Below are positions 13,107 through 25,489 of a DNA stretch of 64,000 nt, one piece after another. This DNA is from Felis catus (Eukaryota). The stretch lies in the NCBI RefSeq assembly GCF_018350175.1, contig NC_058368.1, forward strand, positions 218,428,001-218,492,000, in the 5' to 3' direction. Positions within the stretch are counted from its first letter, which is position 1, and every line of letters begins with the position of its first letter. The position numbers and the translations under genes were made by a program. The notes below the pieces were generated by a model. That model saw nothing but the letters and a program-made list of their open reading frames with translations. It was not told the DNA's origin and made no database searches.

Positions 13107-14145
13107 GATTTTTAAAAGTAGCATCTTTTGGGGTTAGTAAAAAGTTACAAGATCTTCCTTTGAGAATGTTGAAAATAAAGCAATGGAAGTAAATAACTTC
13201 TTCAAGGAAACGTGGATACAGGGACTTTGGATCTGAAGTTAGGTTCATTTTGAGGACTGTATTCATTTTGATGAACTAGTGCCTATCCTTAAACTAAATA
13301 ATCACTGTTTAGGCTACAATTCAAAGTTCTGTCAGAAGCCTTACAAGCCTAACATTGTATGTTCCCATATGCATTGTTCTTCTTACACACCATCTGCACC
13401 TGTGTCTATGGTGAATTACACAAGGAAAATATAAGCATGGTGGGTAAAAGATCGCCTGCAAAGACAGCATAAAGCTCAACTTAGAGAAATTTGGCATAGT
13501 TGCATACAGCTGGGAAGTGAAAGCAGCAGATGGGTTATGTTGACTTCCTGAAATCAGAAATGAGATGGTTTGTATCTAACAAGAAATTTGCATAGCCTCT
13601 AAGGCAAAGGCATTGCAGGCTTTGCAAATGATAATCAGAAAATAATAAGGTGACATTCTTGAAAGTGAATGCCAACAATAGTATAATTGGCAAGAATTTT
13701 ATAGATATAATGTCTTCCTCCCTCCCCTTCCCTCCTTTTTCTTTCCTTCCTTCTTGCTTCCTTCTTTCCTTCTTCCTTCCTTCCTAGTGAAAAGAAGACA
13801 GTACCAAAAAATAGGATCAAAAACCATTTTTATGTGACAAACTTACTTTAAAAATGAGTTTTCTCATCCATGTACAGAACATATAAACTATTGTGTTTAT
13901 ATCACTAAAATATCATATTTGCTGAAGTAACTAATAAAAAATTCAAGTGCAGGAATATGTATATTTCTATTTGTTTGGTTTGTGTGTTTTGTTTTCCATT
14001 TTTGTACTGAGCTATAGTGTTCCTAGAATGTAAGGAAAGATAATCAAAAAATAGTGACACTTTGCACACTGAATTTATAAGCAACATTTAGCACTCACTG
14101 GCTTAGTAAAGCCTTTGTAAGACTCCCTTTTCTGATAATGACCTG

Positions 14146-14212
14146 ATCTATAATGGAAAATACAAGTTAAAGTACATGATTTAACTTCTTCCTATAATAG
14201 AAGATTTAGTTA
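14146..14212. repeat. Dispersed 67-bp direct repeat, copy 1
   Basis: ATCTATAATGGAAAATACAAGTTAAAGTACATGATTTAACTTCTTCCTATAATAGAAGATTTAGTTA. It matches 17316-17382 ungapped with 6 mismatches. Confidence 0.9.
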
Positions 14213-17076
14213 TCATATAGTGATAACAGTATAGTATCTTTACCAAGTGCTATGCCAAATTAAATTAAATATTTAATTTTATTAATTATGGAAATATATG
14301 TATTACTTTGTTTCTATGAGTTACTTTCAGTAACTATGAACAGCTAAACTTCTGCAGATCAAAATCTACATAGCTAAATGATCATATTATTTATTATTAT
14401 AGCAATGGGTTCAACTTTTAAGAGAAAATTTTAGGGACCAAGATATTAATATATTATTACCTGGTTTTAAACATTTTCTAATTCTTCCCTGCTTTGTGTG
14501 TTTATTTGGTTTTGTGTCAACTCCTGGCATCTCTGAGAAGACTGGAGTGACAAGGGTCAAATGCTGAGTGGTTTCCTGCACTTATCATTCCCCCCACTTA
14601 TATCATTTCAGAATTGTTGGTTTTTAGCTTAGTTACTTGACAATCTATATAAATGAGCTTCCCTTTTTAACTGTCCATTCATTTCTATGGCAAGGATAAC
14701 TTTTCCCCATATCTAGAAGGAAATGTTAAAGTTTATATGACTGCTTGTGTAATAAAAAATGTCAAAATACACATTTCTCAAATTAGTTTCATATTCCACA
14801 ACCGCCCATCTCTGTTTTAATGGTGATTTGGCTGTCTGGAATCAGTACCTCAGCCCATTTGAAACTGTTTAGTCCTTGGTAAAATTGCTCTGCTGTTCTT
14901 TCTCAAATGGTTCAAATGGAGCAATCATTGTCAAGGTGATCTTGAGTTTTTGAAAGAGAAAAAAAATAGATAAAAGTTGTACTTTCTGAAGAGCTATAAA
15001 AAAAGTAAAATACACATTTATTTAAGGAACACCAAACATGACTTCTCCATGGCAGGCCTAAAACTTCTCCTGTAAAGCCCTTACAAAATTTTCTCATTTC
15101 AATGTTGATAAGGATCAGCTTACCCATTTTCAATTTTAAAATCACATTTGTTTTTAAATTAGAATAAACAGGGTGATGTTAGACACATGCAGAATGGGTA
15201 ATTATCCGCATGACTCAAGGGAAGCTGAAATATATTGTCTTCACAAGTATTTCTTCAAAACTTTTTGATGTTCTTTTGTGTCATTGTTTGATATAAATTC
15301 ATTAAATACTTTTGTGATGAAAGGCAAGTAAACAGGGATTTACAGTATATCTTAAGGTTATTTATACCTTAGTAAAGATTTCATGTTTCCTTTTCTCCTA
15401 ATTGTTAGTTAAGTATAAAAAAAATCTAAATTACAACTGCGATGAATTATGTTGGAAATAGAAAGGTAATTTTAGAATAATTTTTTTTTTTGCATATGAA
15501 ATAACAGATAGATTGGCTAGGTCCTGTAATAGGAAATATCCTAGGATGTCGAAGAAATATGATTAATGGACAAGGAGACATGAACACAAAAAAGAAGGTA
15601 AAAGAACATCAAAAACACCATTATTGATTTGATAAATTTGCTGAGAGTTTTCCACATGACTACATTGGACAAAAGACAGAAATAATCTTTTTTTTAAATT
15701 TGCATATGCTGACCTGCTGGTAATGATCCGAAAGAATACTGGTGATGAGTTTTGAGGTTAAGTTGGAAGAACTCAATGATTTATGCAAATTGCAGCCAGC
15801 TCAGGAAAGCATTGTTGCAGAGGGCCAGCAGTGAATCTGTCTTTCCTTTTTATCTACCTTATTTATCTTTCCAATTATACTTTTCACTTTTCTAGTTTTT
15901 TTTTACTCTTATATCTCTTATTACTTTTACCTAAGTTATATGATATCTCATTTAATTTTTTCAGGCTACAGCTTATGCCAAAGTATTTTTATTTCTGTAA
16001 TTCTGCAAACTATGATTGGTCAGCTAAAATTGCTTTAACCGTGACACTTCATGATTCATGACAGTTTTTTGAACCAAGTTTCAAATAAATTTCTTTCACA
16101 TCGCATACAAAATTTTCTGGCTTTTAACTCATTCATTGTATATGTAATTGAATCAGTCATTTCATTTACAAATTAAATGCTTACTTTTTTTCCTATATTT
16201 CATATTATCATAGATTTATATTAATGAAAGTGTCCTAAAAGTTATCTGGTCTTACTTTCTTTCTTAGAAAATCAGGTAACTGGGTCCCAAAATATTGGAG
16301 ATTTATTCAGAGCTTTGTAATTAGTAATAGCAGAAGAAAATTTGGAGTCAAGGTCATAGAGATGATTTTCCAATGTTTTCCAATGATTTTCAAGATCATC
16401 TGTGGATTTTCTTGGTACTATACACCTTTTAGGGGGTTCTTGGTCTAATACATGTGTCATCACACGTTCGGTGTATTGGATGGTATCTATCTTTTTTCAG
16501 TGTCAGTGTTTCTAAGCAATTGAACTTTGAGTTAGGTATAGACACTTGAATGTAGGCTTTCTTAACAGGGATCTATAATCAGTTATTTTGATTAGAGAAT
16601 CATCTAGAATTCTGAGCTTTAGTAACTTCTTGGGCTTGCTCTAGATTTCAACTTGGTGCTCTTGGGCTAAGTACTATTGTAAGAAAGAAGGATTTGATGT
16701 TACAGAGAACTGGGTTTGACTCTGTTTCCACTTACTGGTTATTTGATTTAGAATCCTCTTACTACCACTCAGAATAAATTCTCTCAGGATTGCAGTTACC
16801 TCTGTATATTTTTTGTTAGGTGAAAGTATCTCGTGGTCTTGGCTGGTACTTATTGACTCCAACTTCTTCAGGAAAAAAATCCAAATCATGTTTCCAGGTT
16901 TTGCTTCATCTAATTATATACCCTCAAATTACCTCCTCTATGATGTCCAGATAGATTTCACCTTTCTCTATAAGAGTTTCTTACTCGCATAATAAGTCAT
17001 TGATGTTGGCTAGAATAAGCTTTCTTAAATAACAGCTAGGCAAGCAGACATGTGATATTTCATATTGTGTTATTGG

Positions 17077-17087
17077 ATTATTATTGC

Positions 17088-17121
<34 letters not shown>
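17077..17121. repeat. (ATT)n trinucleotide microsatellite
   Basis: Read directly from the sequence. Confidence 0.95.
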
Positions 17122-17122
<1 letters not shown>

Positions 17123-17315
17123 GAATTACTAGTAAGTGTGAGTCTTGGAACAATAAGTCTAAATAAAAACAGTGAATTAGAAGTTTTATTTTTGGAGACC
17201 ATTATAGTAATAGACATGTTTCATGTGACATACTTCCCTTGAGTGAAGGAATTATTTTGGGAGGTCACAGGGTGTATATGTAAATATGGAGGCTGAATTA
17301 TCACTGATGTTTATT

Positions 17316-17382
17316 ATCAATAATGGAAAATATAAGTTAAGGTACATGATTTAACTTCTTCCTGTAATAGAATATTTAGCTA
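17316..17382. repeat. Dispersed 67-bp direct repeat, copy 2
   Basis: ATCAATAATGGAAAATATAAGTTAAGGTACATGATTTAACTTCTTCCTGTAATAGAATATTTAGCTA. Confidence 0.9.
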
Positions 17383-18472
17383 CATTCTAACTAAATCATG
17401 AGGCAATTTTGATAGGCCAGGTTTCTGCTAACTTAAGACATTAGATATTTTAATGCTAATGCAAAGTCAGTCAATATTTAACCACTGAAAAGTCATTAAT
17501 TCCATGGTGTTTAAAAGACAAAATTTTTCTTGGTGTGTCTCAATTATGGTAATGCTGTCATTGACCCCTGCTGACTTGATACACCAGATACTATTTGGCA
17601 GGGGCTAATTAGTTGTGGGAATAAAATCAAGTGTATGCTCCAGATCCTATGTTTATATTACAAATAGAAATACCATGAGTAAGAAGGGATTAGACTTTAA
17701 GAAGAGGGAAGAAAGGCATTAACATATGCAATGTATAGCTGGAAAATGGTTCTAAACATCCTAAGAAGGCATCCTATGTAAATAGCTTAGTAAATTCATA
17801 GATCTTTTTCAGAGCAAGTTCAGTCAATTTGGATTAGCAGAAATATTAGCAATGATGTATAGTTTGTGTGCTGAGGCACTAGTAGCATTAAAAACATGGG
17901 AATCTCTCCATCTGTCTTTTTTTTCACAGAGGGGATTTTTTTTTTCATAAGTGAGAAAATTATGCCAATGTAGTTGTATAGAACATTGGCCTTGAATTTG
18001 AAGTGCACTAATGGGAAGATAGCTTTCAGGCTCCAAATACATTGAGTCACCTACATTTTTGCATGGAGGTACACACCACAAACAGAAAAGTCTAATATAT
18101 TTTGACTATTATTATAAAGGAAGTGTATAAAGGAAACAACATACAAAAAAGTGTAAGTTTTTTTCACAGCCTTTGTAGGGCCCTTAGGAAATTCTTTACA
18201 AGTGAAATATGAGTGTGTTGAGACCCACTGAATAAATCCAATGTGGGTGATTAAGGCAAAGGAAACAGCATGTATAATGGCAGAGAAGCATGAAAATGCA
18301 AGAAAGGACAAGATTTGGGTGTAGTGGAGTGAAGAAGGAAATTTTAAAACCTGGTGTGGTATGTGAATGGATGTGATGTCATCTTTGATGTGTCTTCAAG
18401 TTTAAAATGATCCATTTTTGTATTTTAAGCAAAGGAATGATGCAAAAATATTTGTTAATAAAAACTTATTTT

Positions 18473-18687
18473 TTTAAAAAAAATTAAATGTTTATTTATT
18501 TTTGAGAGAGAAAGAGCATGAGCATGAGCAGGGGAAGGGCAGAGAGAGAGGGAGATACAGAATACGAAGCAGGCTGAGGCTCTGAGCTGTCAGCACAGAG
18601 CCTGACGTGGGGCTAGAACTTACAAACTATGAGATCATGACCTGAGCAGAAGTCAGACGCTTAACTGACTGGGCCACCCAGGCACCC
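18473..18687 (-). mobile_element. Felid CAN-SINE
   Basis: Canonical body. TSD ATAAAAACTTATTTT at 18458-18472 and 18689-18703. Confidence 0.96.
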
Positions 18688-18719
18688 TATAAAAACTTAT
18701 TTTGATAAAACAGTAAAAT

Positions 18720-19160
18720 AAATTATGAGGAGATAATGCTAGCTAAGAAGCCAGGAAAATTACAATGTGACCCTGAATTACAGCACTGGTGTGGACATCA
18801 ATAATAATGGGCAAATACAACAGATATTTATGAGATAGAATTGTCAACTAGTTGGTCATAATGAATTAGAAAAAACATATAGAAGAAAGAATGCAAGATG
18901 TCTTCTTGTTTCCTGAATTCTCTTGATGGATTGTGAGAGTCGTCCACCAGGACATAAACTATAGAGGAATATTGGGTTTGAAGTGAGAAGAGGTAAAACT
19001 TAAGATGCTTGCAGGCCATCCAAGTGAAAATTTCCAATAGATCCAGGAATGAAGTTCTGGAGACTATGGAAATTTGTTGGCTGGAAATGCAAATGTTGGA
19101 TTCATCATTGTGTTGATAGAAGCAGAAGGGAATAATTCCTAGAGAAATAGCTGCACTGAG
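18720..19160 (-). mobile_element. Ancient L2 fragment
   Basis: AGATGCTTGCAGGCCATCCAAGTG...GGCTGGAAATGCAAATGTTGGATTCATCA resembles antisense L2. Boundaries are approximate. Confidence 0.55.
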
Positions 19161-19175
19161 TTGACTTCTGTCTTT

Positions 19176-19716
19176 TTTTTTCAATATATGAAATTTATTG
19201 TCAAATTGGTTTCCATACAACACCCAGTGCTCATCCCAAAAGGTGCCCTCCTCAATACCCATCACCCACCCTCCCCTCCCTCCCACCCCCCATCAACCCT
19301 CAGTTTGTTTTCAGTTTTTAAGAGTCTCTTATGCTTTGGCTCTCTCCCACTCTAACCTCTTTTTTTTTTTTTTTCCTTCCCCGCCCCCATGGGTTTCTGT
19401 TAAGTTTCTCAGGGTCCACATAAGAGTGAAAACATATGGTATCTGTCTTTCTCTGTATGGCTTATTTCACTTAGCATCACACTCTCCAGTTCCATCCACG
19501 TTGCTACAAAGGGCCATATTTCGTTTTTTCTCATTGCCATGTAGTACTCCATTGTGTACATAAACCACAATTTCTTTATCCATTCATCAGTTGATGGACA
19601 TTTAGGCTCTTTCCATAATTTGGCTATTGTTGAGAGTGCTGCTATAAACATTGGGGTACAAGTGCCCCTATGCATCAGTACTCCTGTATCCCTTGGGTAA
19701 ATTCCTAGCAGTGCTA
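19176..19716 (-). mobile_element. Young 5'-truncated L1 (ORF2 C-terminus plus 3'UTR)
   Basis: ORF 19409-19675 encodes the L1 ORF2 end (TCTPMFIAALSTIAKLWKEPKCPSTDEWIKK). G-rich 3'UTR. Perfect TSD TTGACTTCTGTCTTT at 19161-19175 and 19717-19731. Confidence 0.96.
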
Positions 19717-19913
19717 TTGACTTCTGTCTTTAATGAAAGTTTTATTAGAGTTAATTCAGTTCATATCCACTAATACATGCTAGACAACTAGGAATCTGGA
19801 GCTACCTAAAAGACAACTGTTGTTGCAGATTCATATACATTGTAAAAATGCATTTTAAAGTTAAGAACAAAATTAAGAAAACAGTTACAACATTTAAAAA
19901 AATACCTTATTTG

Positions 19914-20103
19914 GGGGTGCCTGGGTGGCTCAGTTGGTTAAGCACCCAACTCTTGATTTCAGCCAAAGTCATGATATCAAGGTCATGGGATGGAGCCCTT
20001 TGTCAGCACAGAGCTTGCTTGGGATAATCTCTCTCCCCCTCTCTCTGCCCATCCCCTGATCACATGCACATGGCCATTAAAAAAAAAAAAATTAAATAAA
20101 CTT
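19914..20103 (+). mobile_element. CAN-SINE
   Basis: GGGGTGCCTGGGTGGCTCAGTTGGTTAAGC head. TSD AAAAATACCTTATTTGG. Confidence 0.93.
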
Positions 20104-20674
20104 AAAAATACCTTATTTGGTAAATTTTAATTGAAATATCTTATAAGTATTATGCAATATATAATATGAAATATGTGTATGAATATATATTTCATATTAT
20201 GTATATTATTTTTATTTTTTTTACAATTTGAACCATTTTTTTTCAAAGTATTTTACTTTCCCAAGAATAATTGTCAAGACTAGTTCCCTGAGTATGAATG
20301 TCCTTTTTGTTGTTTTTGGAATTATTATTATTAACCTTTGAAACAGAATTAATTTTCTATACAGAAAATTGCATCTTTGTATTTTGTTTACTTCATGCTT
20401 AGAACTATAGCAGTGACTCTCTTTATATAAACAGATTTCTAATTTTTTACTGGTTATTCTAAATCCTAAAGGTCCAATTGGGCTTTATAATATGAGATGC
20501 TTGCTCTTAGAATCACTAAGGGATATTTGCAGTTTTAAAAATAATGGAAAGTCATAAGAGATGTCTAGTATTTCCATATTAAAAAATTGACAAGCAATAT
20601 TTATTTGTTCAATTTGGAAACGTCTGTATATTATATATATATATTTTTTTTTTCCTGATAGTGTCTCTTTCTCA

Positions 20675-20824
20675 TTTTTTTGTTTCAATTTTTTATTTAA
20701 ATTCCATTTAGTTAACATATAGTGCGATATTAATTCCAGGAATAGAATTTAGTGATTCGTCACTTACATATAATACACAGTGTTCATCACAAATGTGCCC
20801 CCCTTAATACCCATCACCCATTTA
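20675..20824 (-). mobile_element. Short carnivore L1 3'-end fragment
   Basis: TTTATTTAAATTCCATTTAGTTAACATATAGTG...TAATACCCATCACCCATTTA is similar to the other L1 3'UTRs in this window (44540, 63700). Confidence 0.85.
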
Positions 20825-21044
20825 GCTTTATTTCTAGTCTGTATTGTCATACTATATATTTAAAATTGCCACTTCTTATCTTTTTCCTCCTTGTCCTCTC
20901 CTTTCTTCTTCCTCCTTGTTTTATTTCTTTTCTCCTATGTCTTCTTAATTTTTACATTTTATTCTCAAGCAATGAAAAAGGATTACCCCTTTAGTTAGGT
21001 CTTCTAGACTTTGCTCTGCTTATCCCACACTACATGCACCATCT

Positions 21045-21235
21045 TTTTTTCATTAGTTTCAAACGTAGAGCAGAGTGAGTCAACAATTCTATACATTACT
21101 TAATGCTCACCATAAGTGTAGTCACCAGCTGTCACCATACATGCTATTGCAATATTATTGATTACATTCCCTATGCTGTACTTTTTACCTCTGTGGCTAT
21201 TTTGTAACTCAAGCTTGTAGCTGAATCCCCTTCAC
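21045..21235 (-). mobile_element. Older L1 (L1MA9/L1_Carn-like) 3'UTR fragment
   Basis: ATTAGTTTCA...AAGTGTAGTCACCA.CTGTCACCATAC...ATTCCCTATGCTGTACTTTT. Confidence 0.7.
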
Positions 21236-24200
21236 TGCACACTATCATCTTGGATGGCAAAAGTTTACTTTCAGTTCTTTTTTTATTCTCAATAACTTTC
21301 AGATATTTTTTCCTTCTTCTGAGGCTGGTTATATGACTCTCCAGGAGAATTTAACAATAGCATAAGTTGTTAAATTTCTCTGTTCAATATTTTTTCTTGG
21401 CTTTATTTTCATGTCTTCTGTTGACACTTCTCAGTTTAGTTGTCTGGTTGATACAATAATATTTTGCCACTTGTCGCTCTGTCATGGTGACCAGGTGATG
21501 TGAAGGTAATACAGGTATGCTCTCCCCCACTTTTCAAACTTTGTGTTAGACCAGTTGGCTTTTAGGAAAGCCCTACATTACTATCGGATTTTGCTAACCA
21601 AAAGAAATCTGAAGAGGATTTTTTTACTTTAATGAAAAAAGGCAAAAGTGAAAACAGTGTGAAGCATTTGTTTTGTAGTGAAATATCATAGTGGGAGCAT
21701 GCACCCTCATCAGTGACAGTCACACTGCAGATCTCCTCTGGAAACTACACTCAGCATCTTACCATAAAGTCACCACAGCTCTGACCTGTGTCCGTGAGCA
21801 TCTGTGCTTAATATCTCAATTGATTGTGTGCATCTGTTGGCAAGATGTATCCTAACAAGAGCCCAAGAGTGGTTGGTTCTTGAGTCTGGAAACACTAAAT
21901 TTTTTTTTCATATAAATTAATTATAATCTCTTCTGTACCTGTTTTGTTTCCTAAAGTTTCCTTAGGAATACTCTACTTATGGAGAGTGGGGGGAAACCAG
22001 TATATTTTCTGCTCTACTGTCAAGGTGGTATTTCATTAGAGATAACATTTTCCATAATCATCAAATTATAAGTTTAATTTTTTTCTATTATTAATCTCTC
22101 CTAAGAACCCCATGTTATATTTAAGACATTTATAAACATAACCTGACATACTAATTAAAATGCAAGCATGCTGTATGATAATTTTAATGTTACTCTTGTA
22201 TTTACATACTAACAAATATACTAATTCATGAGATAATTATAAATAATCCGATTTAAATTATTTTCCTAGTAGTCTTTATTCAAAGACTTTAAGAGCTAAG
22301 GATTCCATAGTGAATACAATTAAATCGGTTTTGTATGCTAAAAAAACACTACAATGATATGGGAATCTTTTCCTCTGGGGATATATTAGAACTACTCTTT
22401 ATGCATAGTATGAACACAAGCTGGAGCATACAGTATACTTTACATTTATTATGACCTAGCTGCGTGGGCCATGAACTCTCATAATGTGAATATTTTCTGG
22501 TTGATCGAAATTGCTTTTTCTAGTCATATTTTCCACCAAATTCTTCTTATTATAATTTTTAGGATTAAATCTTTGCTATGTTGCTATTCTAGTATTCTAG
22601 AATACTAGATGTTTATTTCTAATAGCAGTGGAGGAAAATGTAATTAATCTAAAAAAATAACTATTTTATTTTATCTCTAGTCACAGTTAATTGGGTTACT
22701 TTTTAGGTCAAGATATGGCAATGTGAATCATGCATTCACATACACCATGGCACATCTTAAATCGTTGATATTTGCATGTTGAAATAAGCATGGGTATAAG
22801 TGGCGTCTTAGATTACACCTGAGTAGACTTCAGAGAAACACTTAGGTCTATATGCCAAAATTACATAAGAAATTAAGTGGAGCTTCTCAGCACCTTTGTT
22901 TTACATAAAAGACCTAATCATGTGATAATTAGGAGAGACAAAATGAAAATAATGTTGTTTCTAACATGCTGATTGACAGGTAGATAGATAAAAAATTACA
23001 TTTATTAAATAGATTATGAACAGAAATATTGACCTGCTTCAGAATTTTCTAATAGAATATAAAATGGAAATCTATCATTGAGCAAAACTGTCTACCTTAG
23101 TGATATACTCTGCCTGTTTTCCTGACACATTAGTGGAAGAGACAAGAGTTCAGATTAACATTAAAAAAGTGAAGACATTGCACTCTCTTTCTTAACTTAT
23201 AAAACCAAACACCATTAAGTGATTTACCCTCATTTTATTAAAGAATCTAGAGATCTTTTTGTAGCTCTAGGGATTGTTTGCAAAATATTAACAAATTACT
23301 CCATATTTGATGTATGTAATATTTTGCATTAATTATTTTCTCCATTAAAAACATGTTAGGAGAGGAGCCAAGATAGCAGAACAGCATGGAAACTTTTTGT
23401 GTGTCTTGCGTCCATGAAATAGAGCCAGACCAACATTAAACCGTCCTACACACCTAGAAAACCGATTGGAAGATTAACACAACAATCTGCACAACCTGAG
23501 CCACAGACTTCAGCAGGTACACGGCGCGAAGAGGTGAACTTGGGCAGCAAGAAGCCCTGAAAGGTAGGGAACCCCTTTTGGGGGCAGAGAGAGGACGGAG
23601 ACTGGGGAGTGGGGAGTGTACAGGAAAAGCACCCCTCCCCAAAAGCAGCTGGAGAGAAAGTGGAAAATTGGAAACAGCTGCAGGGTCTAAACTAAAAAGG
23701 GAGAAAGGATAAAGGAGAGGGTTTAAATTCCATTAAGACTGTCAACAAGGGGAGTGCAAAGGCTGCAATCCTCAGCTCCATACCTGGTGGTGCTCTGGTG
23801 GGAAAGGTGAATCTCCAGGAACAGAGTGGGGTCCGGGAGGTTCTCGGGTCACACGGGGAAAAGCGTGTTCTACTGCTGGAAGGACATTTGGTAGAGACGG
23901 TTGAAGCCACCGGGTCCCAGCAGACTCCAGAGGGCAGCCACATTCGCTGGTGCTGGGGCAAGGTTGTTGAGGGGTAAGCCTGGTGCCAGACGTGTATTGA
24001 GATTTTCCATGGTCCTTGAAATGCTGAGGCTACACTGTCTCGCGATCTTTTTTTGGGGCAGGCTGGCACCTGGCTGCAGTCTCGGGGCACCGGCAACAGC
24101 AGGGTCTAGCAGGAGTTCCTAGGTGCAGCTAATATTCAGCCATTGCTCATTGGGATATTGCTTGGTGAGACCCTCCTGCAGAGGGGCAAAATGGGTCAAA

Positions 24201-24629
24201 GATGCAGTCCTTTGGAAGTAAGGGGCCAGGGAAAACAGCAGCATCTGAGACAAAACGTGGTACTGCCTGGGGCCTAGTCATGGAGAGTGAAAAAGCCGGG
24301 AGTGGAGGAGAACTGAAGACAGAGGACTGGTGCGTGATTGCTGATCCAAAAGAACAGTCTGGGTGGCTGGGTGGTGCCATTTTTCACTGCTCCTGCGTGG
24401 GCACCCACAAGCACTGCAACAATCCACCCTAGTAGGCTAGCAGTGCCATTTGTGGAGAGCGGAGCTTTTACACCAAGCCCTGCCCAACCGGGCCAACTTC
24501 GCTCTTCAACAATACAAACCTCACCGCCGGCTTAATTTATGGACTATAAAGAGCTACATGGACTGACCTCTAGGGGAAAACGAAGCAATTTCAGTCCTAA
24601 TGCAATCTGTTAGCAGGTTCATCTATTCA

Positions 24630-25330
24630 ATTTTTTTCTTCTTTTTCCTTTTTCTCTTTTATAATTCTTTTCTTTTTCCTGAATACAGAAAGAGAGAGAG
24701 AAAAAACTCATTTTTACTTTCAATTTTTATTAAAAATATCTGTCTTTAATTTTTATTGCTATATTTTTTACTTTTGTGTAAATTTTTTCAAATTCTACTT
24801 TACTTCCATCATTTTATTTTAGTCTACTTCAGTGTACTCACCTTTTCAAATTTTCAAACAATTTCCTCTTTTTTCTTTTTTCTCTTTTACATTTCTTTTC
24901 TTTTTCTTGAATGCAGAAAGAGAAAAACTTCATTTTTACTTTCAATTTCTTTTAAAAATATTTAATTTTTATTAGTATATTTCTTGCTTTTATATAAATT
25001 TTTTTCAAATTCCACCTTACTCTCATCATTTTATTTCAGTCTACTACAGTGTATTCACTTTTTCAAATTTTCAAATGATTTCTTTTTTTGTCTTTTCTTT
25101 TTTCTTTTTTTATATTTTTTCTCTTTTTCATTTCTTTTATTTTTTATTAAATACAGAAAATGAAAAATTTATATTTCTTTTTAATTTTTATCAAAATATT
25201 TTTTCCATATTTTTTCTACTATATTCTCTACTTTTGTGTATTTTACTCTACTTCACTGTATTCATTTTTCCAAATTCTCAAACGATTTTCATTTTTTCTC
25301 TCCCCCCCTTTTTTGTTTGTTTGTTTGTTT
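24630..25330 (+). repeat. Three degenerate ~230-240-bp T-rich units in the L1 5'UTR
   Basis: Anchor AAT[A/G]CAGAAA at 24682, 24910 and 25150. Each is followed by a variant of CTACTTCAGTGTA..CA.TTTTCAAATTTTCAAA. Confidence 0.8.
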
Positions 25331-25489
25331 GTTTCTCTAATCTGTAAAACCACTTTCCACACCCAGTAGGATCTAGCATCATCTATTCAATTTTTGTGTG
25401 GGTGTGTTAATTTTTATTTTAATATTTTTTAATTTTAATATTTTTAATTTCAATTTTTCTACATCATTAATTCCTTTTCTCCTTTCAAA

